Shown here: piece after piece, positions 1-7,865 of the stretch
Layout: each line of letters starts with the position of its first letter
Position numbering within the stretch: position 1 is the first letter of the stretch
Source of the DNA: Caulobacter sp.
Lineage (GTDB): Bacteria; Pseudomonadota; Alphaproteobacteria; Caulobacterales; Caulobacteraceae
NCBI RefSeq assembly: GCF_039596335.1
Contig: NZ_JBCNJZ010000009.1
Coordinates: 59,059-123,058 of the forward strand
Reading direction: 5' to 3'
DNA length: 64,000 bases
Position numbers and translations under genes: made by a program
The notes under the pieces: generated by a model
What the model saw: only the letters and a program-made list of their open reading frames with translations
Database searches by the model: none
What the model was told of the DNA's origin: nothing

Positions 1-1890
1 GCTGATGCCGATCGCGCCGGCCGGCACGCCCGGATTGATGCCGCCGCCCTTGTAGCCCTTCGAATAGAAGGCATAGAGCAGGGTGTCGTCGGTGAAGCCC
101 AGATTGGCCTTGTAGTCGAAGCCGACGCGACCGGTGGTCTCGGTGAAGCGGGCCCGTTGGTCGGGATTGGTCGGGTTCAGGGTCAGGCCGTAGCCGGGCG
201 CCAGGAGAACGGTCGAGTAGTTCTTGACCGCCTTCTTGTCGCGCGTCTGGCGCAGGCCCAGGGTGAACTTCAGGTCCTCGTTGACCTGGTAGTAGACCTC
301 GCCGAACAGGGCGTCGGACACCAGGGTGTAGGGCGTGCGGTTGTCATAATAGTTGTGGCCGTCGCCGGTCGGGGTGGCCGAGGTGTCGATGCCGATGCAG
401 TTGGCGGTGGTCGACGGGTTACAGGCCGGATTGCCGGTCTTCTGGAAGTTCAGCGCCATCGACGACAGGGTCAGCGAGTTGCCGATCACGTAGTAGTCGG
501 TCAGCGTCCGATAGGTGAAGTGGATGCCGCCGACATTGAAGTTCAGCGGCCCGTCGAAGGCCGACTGCAGGCGGAATTCCTGGCTGAACTGCTCGGAGCG
601 GCCCGAGCTGACGTCGATGGTGGTGAACTTGTTGGTGTTGCCCACCTGCGGGTCATTGAAGAAGCCGCCCGGCGTGAACGGCGTGCTGTTGAACGGGATC
701 GGCGAGACGACCCGGTTGTAGTCCTGAGACGTGTAGACGCTGCCTTTGCCGTACGAGGTCATGGCCGTGAAGGTCAGCGCGTCGGACAGGTCGTAGTTCA
801 GGGTGAACTGGTAGGTGTTCGAGTTCGACTGATAGAGCGGATCCAAGGCCGTCTCGATCTCGCGCAGGTTCGTCGAGGTCGTGGCGCCGGCGTTGGAGTC
901 GCCCGAGGTGAAGCCGAAGATGTTGCCCAGCAGGCCGGTCAGCGTGCCCGACGTGTTGACCGAGCCGTAGGCGGCCGGGGCGTATAGCGAACCGGGCAGG
1001 CAGCCCTGGGTCAGATAGCGGGCGGCCGCGCCGGTGGGCACGCCGCCGACCGTGGCGGGGCCGGGGTCCTTGGTGCACAGCTGCTTGCCGGTGCGGGCGC
1101 GGCTGTCGTCCTCGTGGAAGCGCTCCCACAGGAAGTTGGTGCGCAGCTTCTCGGTCGGATTGAACATCACCTGTACGCGGGTCGAGTACAGGTCGCGGTC
1201 GTCGACTACGTGGTTGTTGAAGGTGTTGGTGACGAAGCCGTCGCGCTTCAGCATGGTGCCGGCCACGCGGACGGCCAGCTTGTCGCCCAGGATCGGCATG
1301 TTGACCATGCCGCGCAGGCGGATGGCGTTGTAGTTGCCGTACTCGGCGCGGGCGTTGGCCTCGAACTGGTCGGTCGGCTTGGCGGTGATGACATTGACCA
1401 CGCCGCCCGTGGCGTTGCGGCCGTACAGTGTGCCCTGCGGGCCGCGCAGCACTTCCACCCGCTCGACGTCGTAGAACTCGCTTTCGAACAGGTTGCCCGA
1501 CTGCTGGGGCGCGTTGTTCATGTGCACGCCGACGCCCTGGTCGGCCGAGGCGCCCACGGCCTTGGCCCCGATGCCGCGGATCTGGAAGTTGAAGCTGTTG
1601 GTGAAGTTGCTGCGGGCGAAGCTGACGTTCGGGATCGCCTGCTGCAGATTGGGGCCGCCGTCGATCTTCTGGGCCTGCAGCGAGTCCTGGCTGAAGGCCG
1701 ACACGGCGATCGGCACGTCCTGAAGGGCCTCTTCCTTCTTCTGGGCGGTGACGACCAGTTCCTCGATGACAGTGGTTTGTTGTGCGGCCGGGCGGGCCTG
1801 TTGAGCGAACGCGGGGACGGCGAGAGCCGAGATCGCGGCCGCAGAAGCGCCCATGACCAATAGGCTCCGCAAACGCAGAGTATGCGACAT
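1..1890 (-). CDS. TonB-dependent outer-membrane receptor; the N-terminal ~630 codons are in the window and the C-terminus runs off the left edge
   Basis: The minus-strand frame is open from the ATG (revcomp of cat 1888-1890) to base 1. It is absent from the ORF track because it has no stop in the window. My translation gives MSHTLRLRSLLVMGASAAAISALAVPAFAQ (signal peptide), then plug-domain text VIEELVVTAQKKEEALQDVP and DVERVEVLRGPQGTLYGRNATGGVVNV. Barrel-like FYSKGYKGGGINPG lies at the window edge. Confidence 0.9.
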   Translation of the reverse strand, partial: MSHTLRLRSLLVMGASAAAISALAVPAFAQQARPAAQQTTVIEELVVTAQKKEEALQDVPIAVSAFSQDSLQAQKIDGGPNLQQAIPNVSFARSNFTNSFNFQIRGIGAKAVGASADQGVGVHMNNAPQQSGNLFESEFYDVERVEVLRGPQGTLYGRNATGGVVNVITAKPTDQFEANARAEYGNYNAIRLRGMVNMPILGDKLAVRVAGTMLKRDGFVTNTFNNHVVDDRDLYSTRVQVMFNPTEKLRTNFLWERFHEDDSRARTGKQLCTKDPGPATVGGVPTGAAARYLTQGCLPGSLYAPAAYGSVNTSGTLTGLLGNIFGFTSGDSNAGATTSTNLREIETALDPLYQSNSNTYQFTLNYDLSDALTFTAMTSYGKGSVYTSQDYNRVVSPIPFNSTPFTPGGFFNDPQVGNTNKFTTIDVSSGRSEQFSQEFRLQSAFDGPLNFNVGGIHFTYRTLTDYYVIGNSLTLSSMALNFQKTGNPACNPSTTANCIGIDTSATPTGDGHNYYDNRTPYTLVSDALFGEVYYQVNEDLKFTLGLRQTRDKKAVKNYSTVLLAPGYGLTLNPTNPDQRARFTETTGRVGFDYKANLGFTDDTLLYAFYSKGYKGGGINPGVPAGAIGIS

Positions 1891-2011
1891 TGGATTCCCT
1901 CCCTGGACCCGGCGGCGCCTTATGGATGGAGCCTGCGAGGGTCGGTGTTTCCTCGGCGCCGTACTGTTTTCACCACGCGGGCGTACGGCGAGCCCCTCGC
2001 AGCATTTGTCG

Positions 2012-2040
2012 ATTGCATACTTGCGTTTGAAAGCTGTCAA
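2012..2040 (-). promoter_or_regulatory. Candidate sigma-70-type promoter of the TonB-dependent receptor gene
   Basis: The minus strand reads TTGACA (plus 2035-2040), 17 nt, TGCAAT (plus 2012-2017). This is about 115-120 nt upstream of the ATG at 1890. The call rests on sequence match only. Confidence 0.3.
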
Positions 2041-2359
2041 CTGGGCCAAACGTAAGTGAACGGCGATAGGTTACAGCTTTTCACTTTCCGTGTGGCGTTG
2101 TTCTCCTGCTGCGCGTAAGTTTTCACGGCATTAGAAAATCGGGTTTGTGAGTTCCGTAACGGAAGCTTTGCGCATATTGCGGCGCAATAGGCCCGTATCC
2201 TGGCGCGAATCCATCATTCGTGTGCGAAAGAATTCGCGAGCCTTCATGGTCGAGGTATAGCGCCCATCGCGCGCCGTGGCGCCGCATGGTTCCGGCCCGG
2301 CCTTGCCTCGTGTAAGGAGGGGCCATGTTCCCCCTTTTCCTGGAAGTCCGGAGCCTCGC

Positions 2360-3091
2360 ATGAGCGAAGCCGCCCTTGTTCTATTCTCCGGCGGCCAGGA
2401 CAGCAGCGTCTGTCTGGCCTGGGCCCTCGAGCGCTATGCGCGCGTCGAGACGGTCGGCTTCGACTATGGCCAGCGCCACGCGATCGAGATGGACGCCCGC
2501 CAGAACGTGCGCCGTGAAGTAGCCGCTCGCTTCCCGCAGTGGGCCGATCGCCTGGGCGAGGACCACGTGCTGGACATCAAGAGCTTCGGCCAGGTGGCCC
2601 AGTCGGCCCTGACCGCCGACCGCGCCATCGAGATGACCGAGCGCGGCCTGCCCTCGACCTTCGTGCCGGGGCGCAACCTGGTGTTCCTGATCTACGCCGC
2701 CGCCCTGGCCGACCGCCGGGGTGTCGACGCCCTGGTCGGCGGCATGTGCGAGACCGACTTCTCGGGCTATCCCGACTGCCGCCGCGACACGCTGGACGCC
2801 ATGCAGAGCGCGTTGAACTTAGGCATGGATCGCAACTTCCGGGTCGAGACCCCGCTCATGTGGCTGACCAAGGCCCAGACCTGGGGTCTGTCCAAGGCCT
2901 TGGGCGGCGAAGACCTGGTCCAGCTGATCGTCGAGGAAAGCCACACCTGCTACCAGGGCGAACGCGGCCAGCTGCACAGCTGGGGCCATGGCTGCGGGAC
3001 CTGCCCGGCGTGCGAGCTGCGCGAGAAGGGCTATGTCGAGTGGGATGCGGCGGGTCGCCCAGTCCTGGTCGAGGGGGCGCTGCAGCCGTGA
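2360..3091 (+). CDS. queC: 7-cyano-7-deazaguanine synthase QueC
   Basis: [23 protein letters not shown] (SGGxDS PP-loop), FDYGQRH, and the C-terminal Zn-Cys cluster HTCYQG...[12 protein letters not shown] chose ATG 2360 over the track start 2276 because QueC N-termini are short before the SGGQDS motif. Confidence 0.95.
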   Translation: MSEAALVLFSGGQDSSVCLAWALERYARVETVGFDYGQRHAIEMDARQNVRREVAARFPQWADRLGEDHVLDIKSFGQVAQSALTADRAIEMTERGLPSTFVPGRNLVFLIYAAALADRRGVDALVGGMCETDFSGYPDCRRDTLDAMQSALNLGMDRNFRVETPLMWLTKAQTWGLSKALGGEDLVQLIVEESHTCYQGERGQLHSWGHGCGTCPACELREKGYVEWDAAGRPVLVEGALQP

Positions 3092-3720
3092 CCTACAGCG
3101 TCAAAGAGATCTTCCTGACCCTGCAGGGCGAAGGCGGCCAGGCGGGCAAGGCGGCGGTGTTCTGCCGCTTTTCCGGCTGCAACCTGTGGACCGGCCGCGA
3201 GCAGGACCGCGCCAAGGCCGTCTGCACCTTCTGCGACACCGACTTCGTCGGGACCGACGGCGAGAACGGCGGCAAGTTCGCCACGGCCGACGACTTGGCG
3301 GCGGCGGTCGAGGCCCAGTGGACCGGCGGACCGGATGACCGCCTGGTGGTCTGCACCGGCGGCGAGCCCTTCCTGCAGCTGGACGAGGCGGCGATCGCGG
3401 CGCTGCACGCCCGCGGCTTCCAGATCGCTTGCGAGAGCAACGGCACGATCGCGGCCCCGGCTGGGATCGACTGGATCTGCATCAGCCCCAAGGCCGACGC
3501 CCCCGTGATCCAGACCTCTGGCCAGGAACTGAAGCTCGTTTTCCCGCAGGACAAGGCCATGCCGGAGCGCTTCGCGGACCTGGATTTCGAGCGCTTCTAC
3601 CTGCAGCCGATGGACGGTCCGGACCGCGACAGGAACACGCAATTGGCCGTCGCCTATTGCCTTTCGCACCCACAATGGCGTTTAAGCGTCCAAACGCACA
3701 AATATCTCGGCCTGCCCTGA
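3088..3720 (+). CDS. queE: 7-carboxy-7-deazaguanine synthase QueE (radical SAM)
   Basis: The start [36 protein letters not shown] is the QueE signature, with a CxxxCxxC-type radical-SAM cluster. GTG 3088 overlaps the queC stop (GTGA). The 393-aa track ORF from 2539 is an out-of-frame overlap of queC. Confidence 0.93.
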   Translation: MTYSVKEIFLTLQGEGGQAGKAAVFCRFSGCNLWTGREQDRAKAVCTFCDTDFVGTDGENGGKFATADDLAAAVEAQWTGGPDDRLVVCTGGEPFLQLDEAAIAALHARGFQIACESNGTIAAPAGIDWICISPKADAPVIQTSGQELKLVFPQDKAMPERFADLDFERFYLQPMDGPDRDRNTQLAVAYCLSHPQWRLSVQTHKYLGLP

Positions 3721-3793
3721 CGGATAAGGCGCTCGACTTGGTGACAGGGTCGACGCGCTAGAGCCTCCCAGGCCTAGTCAAAAGAAGTCACAG

Positions 3794-4159
3794 ATGAAGC
3801 CCGTCTTCGAGATCACGAAGGCTGCGTTTTTCGACGCCGCCCATTTCATCGAGCAAGGTCCGACCGACCATCGCTATCGCAAGCTGCACGGCCACTCGTT
3901 CAAGGTGGAAGCCAGCGTGAAGGGCGAGATGCTGCCCGAAGGCTGGGTCGCCGACCTGGAAACCCTGGACGTCGCCCTGAAGGCCGTCGCCGCCGAGCTG
4001 GACCACGGCCTGCTCAACGACCGTCCGGGCCTGGAAGTCCCGACCCTGGAGCGCCTGTGCCTCTATTTCGCTGAGCGCCTGCAGGCCCAGTTCCCCGGCC
4101 TGTCGCGCGTGGTGCTGTCGCGCCCGACGATCGGCGAGACGTGCGCGCTGAGCCTCTAG
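3794..4159 (+). CDS. queD: 6-carboxy-5,6,7,8-tetrahydropterin synthase QueD (PTPS family)
   Basis: 121 aa with AAHFI...YRKLHGHSFKVE (His-triad PTPS motif), lying directly after queC and queE. Confidence 0.9.
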   Translation: MKPVFEITKAAFFDAAHFIEQGPTDHRYRKLHGHSFKVEASVKGEMLPEGWVADLETLDVALKAVAAELDHGLLNDRPGLEVPTLERLCLYFAERLQAQFPGLSRVVLSRPTIGETCALSL

Positions 4160-4390
4160 CTACCGCCGATAGTCGTCGCGGTCCCGATCGCGATCCTTCT
4201 TGCCGTCGCCGGGGATCACCGCCTTGCCGGCCCCGACCACGACCTTGCCCGCGCCGCCGACGACCGCGCCGGTGACGCCGATCGCGGTGCCGGCGACCGT
4301 GCCGACCGCGGCGGCGGCCAGGCAGCCCGTCTGTGAGACGGCGATCATCGCCAGGAGAGCGGCGAGGGGAGCGAAGCGGCGGAAAAGCAT
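4160..4390 (-). CDS. Small lipoprotein with a glycine-zipper segment and a charged KKDRDRDRDDYRR tail
   Basis: 76 aa. The signal peptide ends in a lipobox-like SQTGC and is followed by GTVAGTAIGVTGAVVGGAGKVVVGAG. I recognise no family. Confidence 0.5.
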   Translation of the reverse strand: MLFRRFAPLAALLAMIAVSQTGCLAAAAVGTVAGTAIGVTGAVVGGAGKVVVGAGKAVIPGDGKKDRDRDRDDYRR

Positions 4391-4438
4391 GGTGAAGCTC
4401 GTAAGGGACTGTTCACCACGTTCTAGCCGGCCAATCCT

Positions 4439-4987
4439 TTAAATTCTCCGCGTCGGATGGACGCGCTGCCCGAACGGATCCTGGGCGTCGTCGACATAGG
4501 TCGTCCGGTCCTCCGCGCGCCGCCGTTCGCCATGATAGCGCGGGTCGTCGCGCCGGCGGCGGTCGGGGCCGAAATAGTCCTCGGTGCGGATGAAGGGCCG
4601 CGGGTTCTCGACCAGCAGGGTCAGGCGATGGATGACGCCGCGCGCGGTCACCGGCTTGGCCAGGAACTCGTTGACCCCGGCGTCGCGGGCGGCGTGGACC
4701 CGCCGCTCGGTGGAGTGGCCGGTGATCATCACGACAGGGCAGAATGGATGGGGGCTGTCGGGTGAATTGCGCAGCAGATGAACGAACTCGATGCCGTCCA
4801 GCCCGCTCATCTTGAGGTCGGTGAACACCACATCGATGGCGACCTGGCGCAGAAGCGACAAGGCCTCGGCGCCGTCCACAGCCTCGAAGACATGGCGCAC
4901 GCCCAGCGCGCGGAGGATCTCGGTCAGCAGCAGGCGCATGTGCTGGTTGTCGTCGACCAGCAGAATTTTCAGCAGATCAAACCGCAC
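4439..4987 (-). CDS. Single-domain response regulator (CheY-like receiver) with an Arg-rich C-terminal extension
   Basis: ILLVDDNQHMR (DD pair), VVFTDLKMSGLDG (phospho-Asp), VMITGHS (Thr) and FLAKPV (Lys) are all present. The C-terminal ~55 aa read YFGPDRRRRDDPRYHGERRRAEDR. Confidence 0.9.
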   Translation of the reverse strand: MRFDLLKILLVDDNQHMRLLLTEILRALGVRHVFEAVDGAEALSLLRQVAIDVVFTDLKMSGLDGIEFVHLLRNSPDSPHPFCPVVMITGHSTERRVHAARDAGVNEFLAKPVTARGVIHRLTLLVENPRPFIRTEDYFGPDRRRRDDPRYHGERRRAEDRTTYVDDAQDPFGQRVHPTRRI

Positions 4988-5046
4988 GCCCCGTACTCCC
5001 CCAATGGGCGAGTTCTACGGCCTGTTGATAACTTCGGTCAATCTAA

Positions 5047-5073
5047 AACCTTATATTTTTCAGATATAAGGTT
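5047..5073 (-). terminator. AT-rich perfect hairpin between aroC and the receiver gene; weak candidate terminator or protein-binding palindrome
   Basis: AACCTTATAT, 7 nt, ATATAAGGTT forms a 10-bp stem. On the minus-strand RNA it is followed by UUUAGAU. It lies 60 nt downstream of the aroC stop. Confidence 0.35.
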
Positions 5074-5132
5074 CTCGATCTGTGGGAATGGGCGTTCCTG
5101 GGTGATGAATCTCACACACGGGATGCGGGAGT

Positions 5133-6221
5133 TCAGCCGACTTGGGCGCGGTGGCGCAGGAAGGCGTCGGCCAGCACGCAGGCGGTCATGGCCTCGACCA
5201 CCGGCACGCCGCGGATGCCGACGCAGGGGTCGTGGCGGCCCTTGGTGCGCAGGTCGATCTCCTCGCCGGCCTCGTTCAGGGTCTGGCGCGGGATCAGGAT
5301 CGACGAGGTCGGCTTGAAGGCCACCCGCGCCACGACCGGCTGGCCGGTCGAGATGCCGCCCAGCACGCCGCCGGCGTGGTTCGACAGGAACACGGGTTCA
5401 CCATTCTCGCCCCGGCGCATGGCGTCGGCATTGTCCTCGCCGGTCAGGGCGGCGGAGGCGAAGCCTTCACCGATCTCCACGCCCTTGGCGGCGTTGATCG
5501 ACATCAGGGCCGCGGCCAGCTCGGCGTCCAGCTTGCCGTACAGCGGCGCGCCCCAGCCGGCCGGCACGCCGGTGGCCTCGACCTCGACGACCGCGCCGGT
5601 CGAGGAGCCGGCCTTGCGGATCTTTTCCAGGTGCTCTTCCCACACCGGGATGATGTCGGCGTCCGGCGACCAGTAGGGATTCTGTTCGGTCTGGGCCCAG
5701 TCCCAGTTGTCGCGGTTGATGGCGTGCGGGCCGATCTGCACCAGGGCGGCGCGGACGGTGACGCCGGGCGTGACCAGGCGGGCGATGGCGCCGGCGGCCA
5801 CGCGTGCGGCCGTCTCACGCGCCGAGCTGCGGCCGCCGCCGCGATAGTCGCGGATGCCGTACTTGGCGAAATAGGCGTAGTCGGCGTGACCGGGGCGGAA
5901 GGCCTGGGCGATCTCGCCGTAGTCCTTGGACCGCTGGTCGGTGTTCTCGATCATCAGGCTGATCGGCGTGCCGGTTGTCCGCTGGCCGTTGCTGCGCTCG
6001 TCCTCGAACACGCCCGACAGGATGCGCACGGCGTCCGGCTCCTGGCGCTGGGTCACGAACTTGCCGTTGCCCGGCCGGCGCTTGTCCAGGAACGCCTGGA
6101 TCATCTCTGGCGTCAGTTCGATGCCCGGCGGAACGCCGTCGACGACACAGCCTAGGGCCGGGCCGTGGCTTTCGCCCCAGGTGGTGACGCGGAACAGGTG
6201 ACCGAAGGTGTTGTGCGACAT
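5133..6221 (-). CDS. aroC: Chorismate synthase
   Basis: [33 protein letters not shown] and [18 protein letters not shown] are AroC signatures. I chose ATG 6221 over the track start 6257. Confidence 0.96.
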   Translation of the reverse strand: MSHNTFGHLFRVTTWGESHGPALGCVVDGVPPGIELTPEMIQAFLDKRRPGNGKFVTQRQEPDAVRILSGVFEDERSNGQRTTGTPISLMIENTDQRSKDYGEIAQAFRPGHADYAYFAKYGIRDYRGGGRSSARETAARVAAGAIARLVTPGVTVRAALVQIGPHAINRDNWDWAQTEQNPYWSPDADIIPVWEEHLEKIRKAGSSTGAVVEVEATGVPAGWGAPLYGKLDAELAAALMSINAAKGVEIGEGFASAALTGEDNADAMRRGENGEPVFLSNHAGGVLGGISTGQPVVARVAFKPTSSILIPRQTLNEAGEEIDLRTKGRHDPCVGIRGVPVVEAMTACVLADAFLRHRAQVG

Positions 6222-6276
6222 GGGGCGGGGTTTAGCGGAAACAGAGCCGGGTCGCAAAAGGAGGGATGAGCTTGCT

Positions 6277-6395
6277 CACTTGCCCCCTCCGGGCCTGCGG
6301 CCCTCCTCCCCCGGAGGGGGAAGACGGGCGCCATCTGCCCCCTCCGGGGGCGGACGACCTGCGTCAGCAGGTCAGGTGGGGGCAGGTGATGAGGA
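6277..6395 (+). repeat. Structured intergenic repeat, family A, copy 1
   Basis: About 120 bp, shared with 23310-23428 and 30147-30262 in the same orientation. Internal stems are CCCCCTCCGG/CCGGAGGGGG, GCCCCC-tcc-GGGGGC and GACCTGC-gtca-GCAGGTC. The ends, CACTTGCCCCC and GGGGGCAGGTG, are near-inverted. Confidence 0.85.
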
Positions 6396-6396
6396 T

Positions 6397-7764
6397 CTAG
6401 CCCCGCACCTGCGCGGCATCCGCCAGATAAAGCTCCAGGTTCGTCCACCCCGAGCCGTCCTTGGCCAGCGCCGCTCCGTCGGCCTTCTTCGGATCCAGCC
6501 CGTGCGCCGTCTCCCAGGCGTCGGGCATGCCGTCGCCATCCGTGTCCTTCGCGGCCTTACCTGCCGGAAGCGCCGGCCAGCCGCCGACGTCGCTCTGGAT
6601 GTTGATCACCTTGCCGGTCCGGGTGCGCACGCCCTCGATGACGCGGCGGTCGACGGGATCGCGCCAGACCGAGGCGCCGGCCTCGGCCAGCACGCGCTCA
6701 TAGGCCTTGTCGGCCGTCTCGGGCGTCACCGCCCCGACGTCCAACGGCGCGGCCAGACGATAGCCAGCCGGCTCTGGGATGGTGAAGGTCACCAGGCTCC
6801 ACGGATCGGCCGGAACCGCGCCCGCCATGCTGTTGCCGGCGAAATACGCTTTGGCCAGGGTGTTGCTCTCCTGGAAGGCTACATTCTTGGTCGAGTTCGG
6901 CCCCGGCACATAAGCGTTGTCGACGAAGTTATAGGCCGCCATGGCCGCCTTGTCGGCGTCGTAGCCGGCGTGGCCCTTGCCCCAATTGTAGAAGACGTTG
7001 GAGCGGAAATCGAAGAACGCCCCGACCGTATCCTCCTCGACGCCGGCATAGTTCCCCGGCCGCGGCATCCGCGCCATATGGTTGGCCCACAGGTTGTGGT
7101 GGAAGCTGATCTTCGAGCCCTGGCCGCCGCGGATCAGGCTGCCATAACCGTGGTCACCCTTGACGTGGATCGAGTGGGCCAGGCTCTCGGCGATGATCGA
7201 CCATTGGACGGTCAGGTCGTAGAAGCCCTGTTCCTTGTTATTGGGGCCTTCCTTGCCGAAGCGGGCCGAGGCCGACAGGGTCTCGTCCACCGACCAGCTG
7301 GCCGAGACGTGGTCCAGGATGATCCGGCGACCGCCGTTGATCCAGATGGCGTCGCCCTCGACCTTGCTCTCGGCCCCCAGGCGCGAGCGGATGAAGCGGA
7401 TGACCACGTCGTCGGCGCTGACCACCAGGGTCTGGTCGCGCAGGGTGATGCCGCCACCCGGCGCGGTCTGGCCGGCGAGGGTGATGCGGCCTTCGCTGAT
7501 CTTCAGTTCGCTCTTCAGCTGGATCGTGCCGGCGACGTCGAACACCACCGTGCGCGGGCCCTTGGCCTCGATGGCGGCGCGCAGGGAGCCGGGGCCGGCG
7601 TCGTTGAGATTGGTGACTCGCAGCACCGCCCCGCCGCGTCCGCCCTGGCTGAACCGTCCCGCGCCCTCGGCGCCGGGGAAGGCCAGGGTGTCGGCCAGGG
7701 CCGGCGTCGCCGCCAGCATCAGGGCGACCGCGCCGGCGGCGCGAAGAAGGTGGCGAGCAAGCAT
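6397..7764 (-). CDS. Secreted pectate lyase (PL1-like, right-handed beta-helix) with a C-terminal DTDGDGMPD calcium-binding-type repeat
   Basis: Signal peptide MLARHLLRAAGAVALMLAATPALA. Also FPGAEGAGRFSQGGRGG, ILDHVSASWSVDE and HHNLWANHMARMPR (pectate lyase R-x-P-x-x-R region), plus DTDGDGMPDAWE. Confidence 0.75.
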   Translation of the reverse strand: MLARHLLRAAGAVALMLAATPALADTLAFPGAEGAGRFSQGGRGGAVLRVTNLNDAGPGSLRAAIEAKGPRTVVFDVAGTIQLKSELKISEGRITLAGQTAPGGGITLRDQTLVVSADDVVIRFIRSRLGAESKVEGDAIWINGGRRIILDHVSASWSVDETLSASARFGKEGPNNKEQGFYDLTVQWSIIAESLAHSIHVKGDHGYGSLIRGGQGSKISFHHNLWANHMARMPRPGNYAGVEEDTVGAFFDFRSNVFYNWGKGHAGYDADKAAMAAYNFVDNAYVPGPNSTKNVAFQESNTLAKAYFAGNSMAGAVPADPWSLVTFTIPEPAGYRLAAPLDVGAVTPETADKAYERVLAEAGASVWRDPVDRRVIEGVRTRTGKVINIQSDVGGWPALPAGKAAKDTDGDGMPDAWETAHGLDPKKADGAALAKDGSGWTNLELYLADAAQVRG

Positions 7765-7865
7765 GATCCATCCCCGGCTGCGGTCGACTTGGCGTCGCCG
7801 TCAGGCTTCGGAAAATGGCAAGTGGCGCTTGTCTTGTCCATCGGTGTCATGGCTGTTCTCCGGGG

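Noticed and set aside
2040-2360. A possible preQ1 riboswitch upstream of queC.
   Set aside because: I found no short P1 stem followed by an A-rich tail (…AAAAAACUA…), nor any other preQ1-I/II/III hallmark. I report only a generic SD-sequestering hairpin and a uORF. An Infernal/Rfam scan would settle this.
2539-3720. A 393-aa version of QueE starting at 2539.
   Set aside because: The first ~180 aa overlap queC out of frame and are R/P/G-rich. The QueE family signature starts right at GTG 3088 ([16 protein letters not shown]), overlapping the queC stop.
6255-6400. Short peptides encoded by the family A repeats (LPPPGLRPSSPGGGRR..., PPPRLRRSSPGGGRR...), which recur in three ORF-track entries and could look like a conserved small protein.
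   Set aside because: The conservation is at the nucleotide level and includes hairpin stems. The reading frames have different starts and ends in each copy and no RBS. One copy is read on the opposite strand by the RND gene terminus.
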